Origin: Bdellovibrionia bacterium
Lineage (GTDB): Bacteria; Bdellovibrionota; UBA1018
NCBI GenBank assembly: GCA_049424145.1
Contig: JBMSSC010000024.1
Span: 1-27,405 of the forward strand
DNA length: 27,405 nt
Reading direction: 5' to 3'
The position numbers and the translations under genes were made by a program. The notes under the pieces were generated by a model. The model did no database searches. It worked only from the letters and a program-made list of their open reading frames with translations, and was not told the origin of the DNA. Every line of letters starts with the position of its first letter. The stretch's first letter is position 1. This document shows, one piece after another, positions 26,137 through 27,405 of the stretch.

Positions 26137-27405
26137 CTAGGAAGTCGGGTATTTTTTGTTCAAATAATTCTCTCCCTCCTGGCTTACGCCATGGGGGAGA
26201 GTCACTTGAAGATGAGGCTCAGCTCGCATCGCACGCTCAATTGCAAAACGCGCCTCAGGATTTCTGGCCCAACTCCTACGAGCAATTCCATGATTCACAT
26301 CCCAATGGAGCATCGAGCGGAGTCGTTTTTCAGCCTCTTCTGATCCATCGATCACCATGCCAAACCCCCCGTTCATGGCCTCACCCCATCCCACACCTCC
26401 GCCATTATGAAGCGAAACCCAGGTTGCTCCTCGAAACGCATCGCCCACGAAGTTCTGAACCGCCATATCGGCCGTAAACTGGGAGCCATCGGTAATATTG
26501 GAGGTTTCCCGGTAGGGTGAGTCGGTACCGGACACATCATGATGATCCCGTCCTAGGATGATAGGCCCCTGAATCCTTCCATCAGCGATGGCTTGATTCA
26601 GAGCAGAGGCAATCTCCATGCGGCCTTCAGCATCGGCATACAGAATTCTGGCCTGAGAGCCCACGACCAGCTGATTTTGCTGAGCCTGCTGAATCCACTG
26701 CAGATTATCCTGAACCTGCTGTTTAATCTCTCGGGGAGCCTGCGCGGAAAGTCTCTGTAGCACGGCTTCTGCGATCTGATCGGTGAGCTTTAAATCCTGC
26801 TCTAAGCCTGAGGCACAGACCCATCGAAACGGGCCAAACCCATAGTCAAAACATAGGGGGCCTAAAATATCTTGAACATAGGATGGGTACTTAAATTTTC
26901 CTGGGGATGAGACGACAGGGGCTCCCGCACGGCTGGCTTCCAGTAAAAATGCATTCCCGTAATCAAAAAAAGTCATCCCGCGCGCGGTGAGTTTTTCAAT
27001 CGCACTGACCTGTCTGATGAGAGAGGCTTGGACTTGTTTTTTAAACTCAACGGGCTGATGAGCCATCGTCTGTGCGGCTTGCTCGAGCGTCAGTCCCACC
27101 GGGTAGTACCCGCCTGACCAGGGATTATGAAGCGAGGTTTGATCCGAACCTAAGTCGATGGGAATCTGCTCTTGGGCAAGCATCTCCCAAAGTTCTACGA
27201 CATTTCCCTGATAGGCAAGGGCAACCGGGGTACGAGCTTTTTTTGCTTCCAAAATCCGATCGCACAGCGGCCGCAGAGCCGTAAAAACTTCATCCACCCA
27301 ACCTTGAGAAAGGCGCTTTTCAATGGCCTTGGGATTAATCTCAGCAATAACCCCGACGAGACCCGCAATTTTTGCAGCTTTTCCTTGTGCCCCGGACATC
27401 CCTCC
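26137..27405 (-). CDS. hutU: Urocanate hydratase, C-terminal part (5' end beyond the window)
   Basis: The frame continues off the edge as GGMSGAQ. Motifs: SDQTSLHN, FDYGNAF, GPFRWVC, QARI, GRDHHD, SPYRET, WVSLHNGGGVG. Confidence 0.96.
   Translation of the reverse strand, partial: GGMSGAQGKAAKIAGLVGVIAEINPKAIEKRLSQGWVDEVFTALRPLCDRILEAKKARTPVALAYQGNVVELWEMLAQEQIPIDLGSDQTSLHNPWSGGYYPVGLTLEQAAQTMAHQPVEFKKQVQASLIRQVSAIEKLTARGMTFFDYGNAFLLEASRAGAPVVSSPGKFKYPSYVQDILGPLCFDYGFGPFRWVCASGLEQDLKLTDQIAEAVLQRLSAQAPREIKQQVQDNLQWIQQAQQNQLVVGSQARILYADAEGRMEIASALNQAIADGRIQGPIILGRDHHDVSGTDSPYRETSNITDGSQFTADMAVQNFVGDAFRGATWVSLHNGGGVGWGEAMNGGFGMVIDGSEEAEKRLRSMLHWDVNHGIARRSWARNPEARFAIERAMRAEPHLQVTLPHGVSQEGENYLNKKYPTS

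Noticed and set aside
25584..26140. Several alternative-frame and antisense ORFs (64-143 aa) over the helicase tail
   Set aside because: Expected from stop-poor GC-rich low-complexity sequence. They have no RBS or motifs.
1..27405. Mobile elements, prophage, CRISPR-Cas, defence systems, tRNA/rRNA
   Set aside because: I saw no transposase, integrase, phage, cas or nuclease motifs, no spaced repeat array, and no tRNA or rRNA signatures.

Overview
Bacterial chromosomal window of about 49% GC (visual estimate). The mix of genes suggests a Bdellovibrionota/Oligoflexia-like or other deltaproteobacteria-like organism, which is inference only. It is mostly core catabolic and housekeeping DNA, in this order: partial uppP; a Hanks-type Ser/Thr kinase; aconitase A; a small coiled-coil protein; a CheY-like receiver coupled to an Hpt-like protein; a B12-binding radical SAM enzyme; a LOG-family protein; an HU-like protein; FAH plus maiA; an Alg9/PIG-B-like (GT22) glycosyltransferase; a secreted subtilase; the glyoxylate shunt aceB-aceA; an exported TPR-like repeat protein; a long acyl-CoA dehydrogenase; polyprenyl synthase plus a menA-like gene; a DEAD-box helicase; and partial hutU. 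I found no mobile element, CRISPR array, rRNA or tRNA. The most unusual signals are: (i) the kinase has a WNK-like ('with no lysine') N-lobe and a probable signal peptide; (ii) the Hpt-like protein lacks its phosphoacceptor His; (iii) two intergenic regions are rich in base-pairing potential and are candidate ncRNAs or cis-elements, namely a GGA-rich leader upstream of acnA and 19985-20265; (iv) the TPR repeats are shortened. All calls come from motif recognition by eye, with no database searches.
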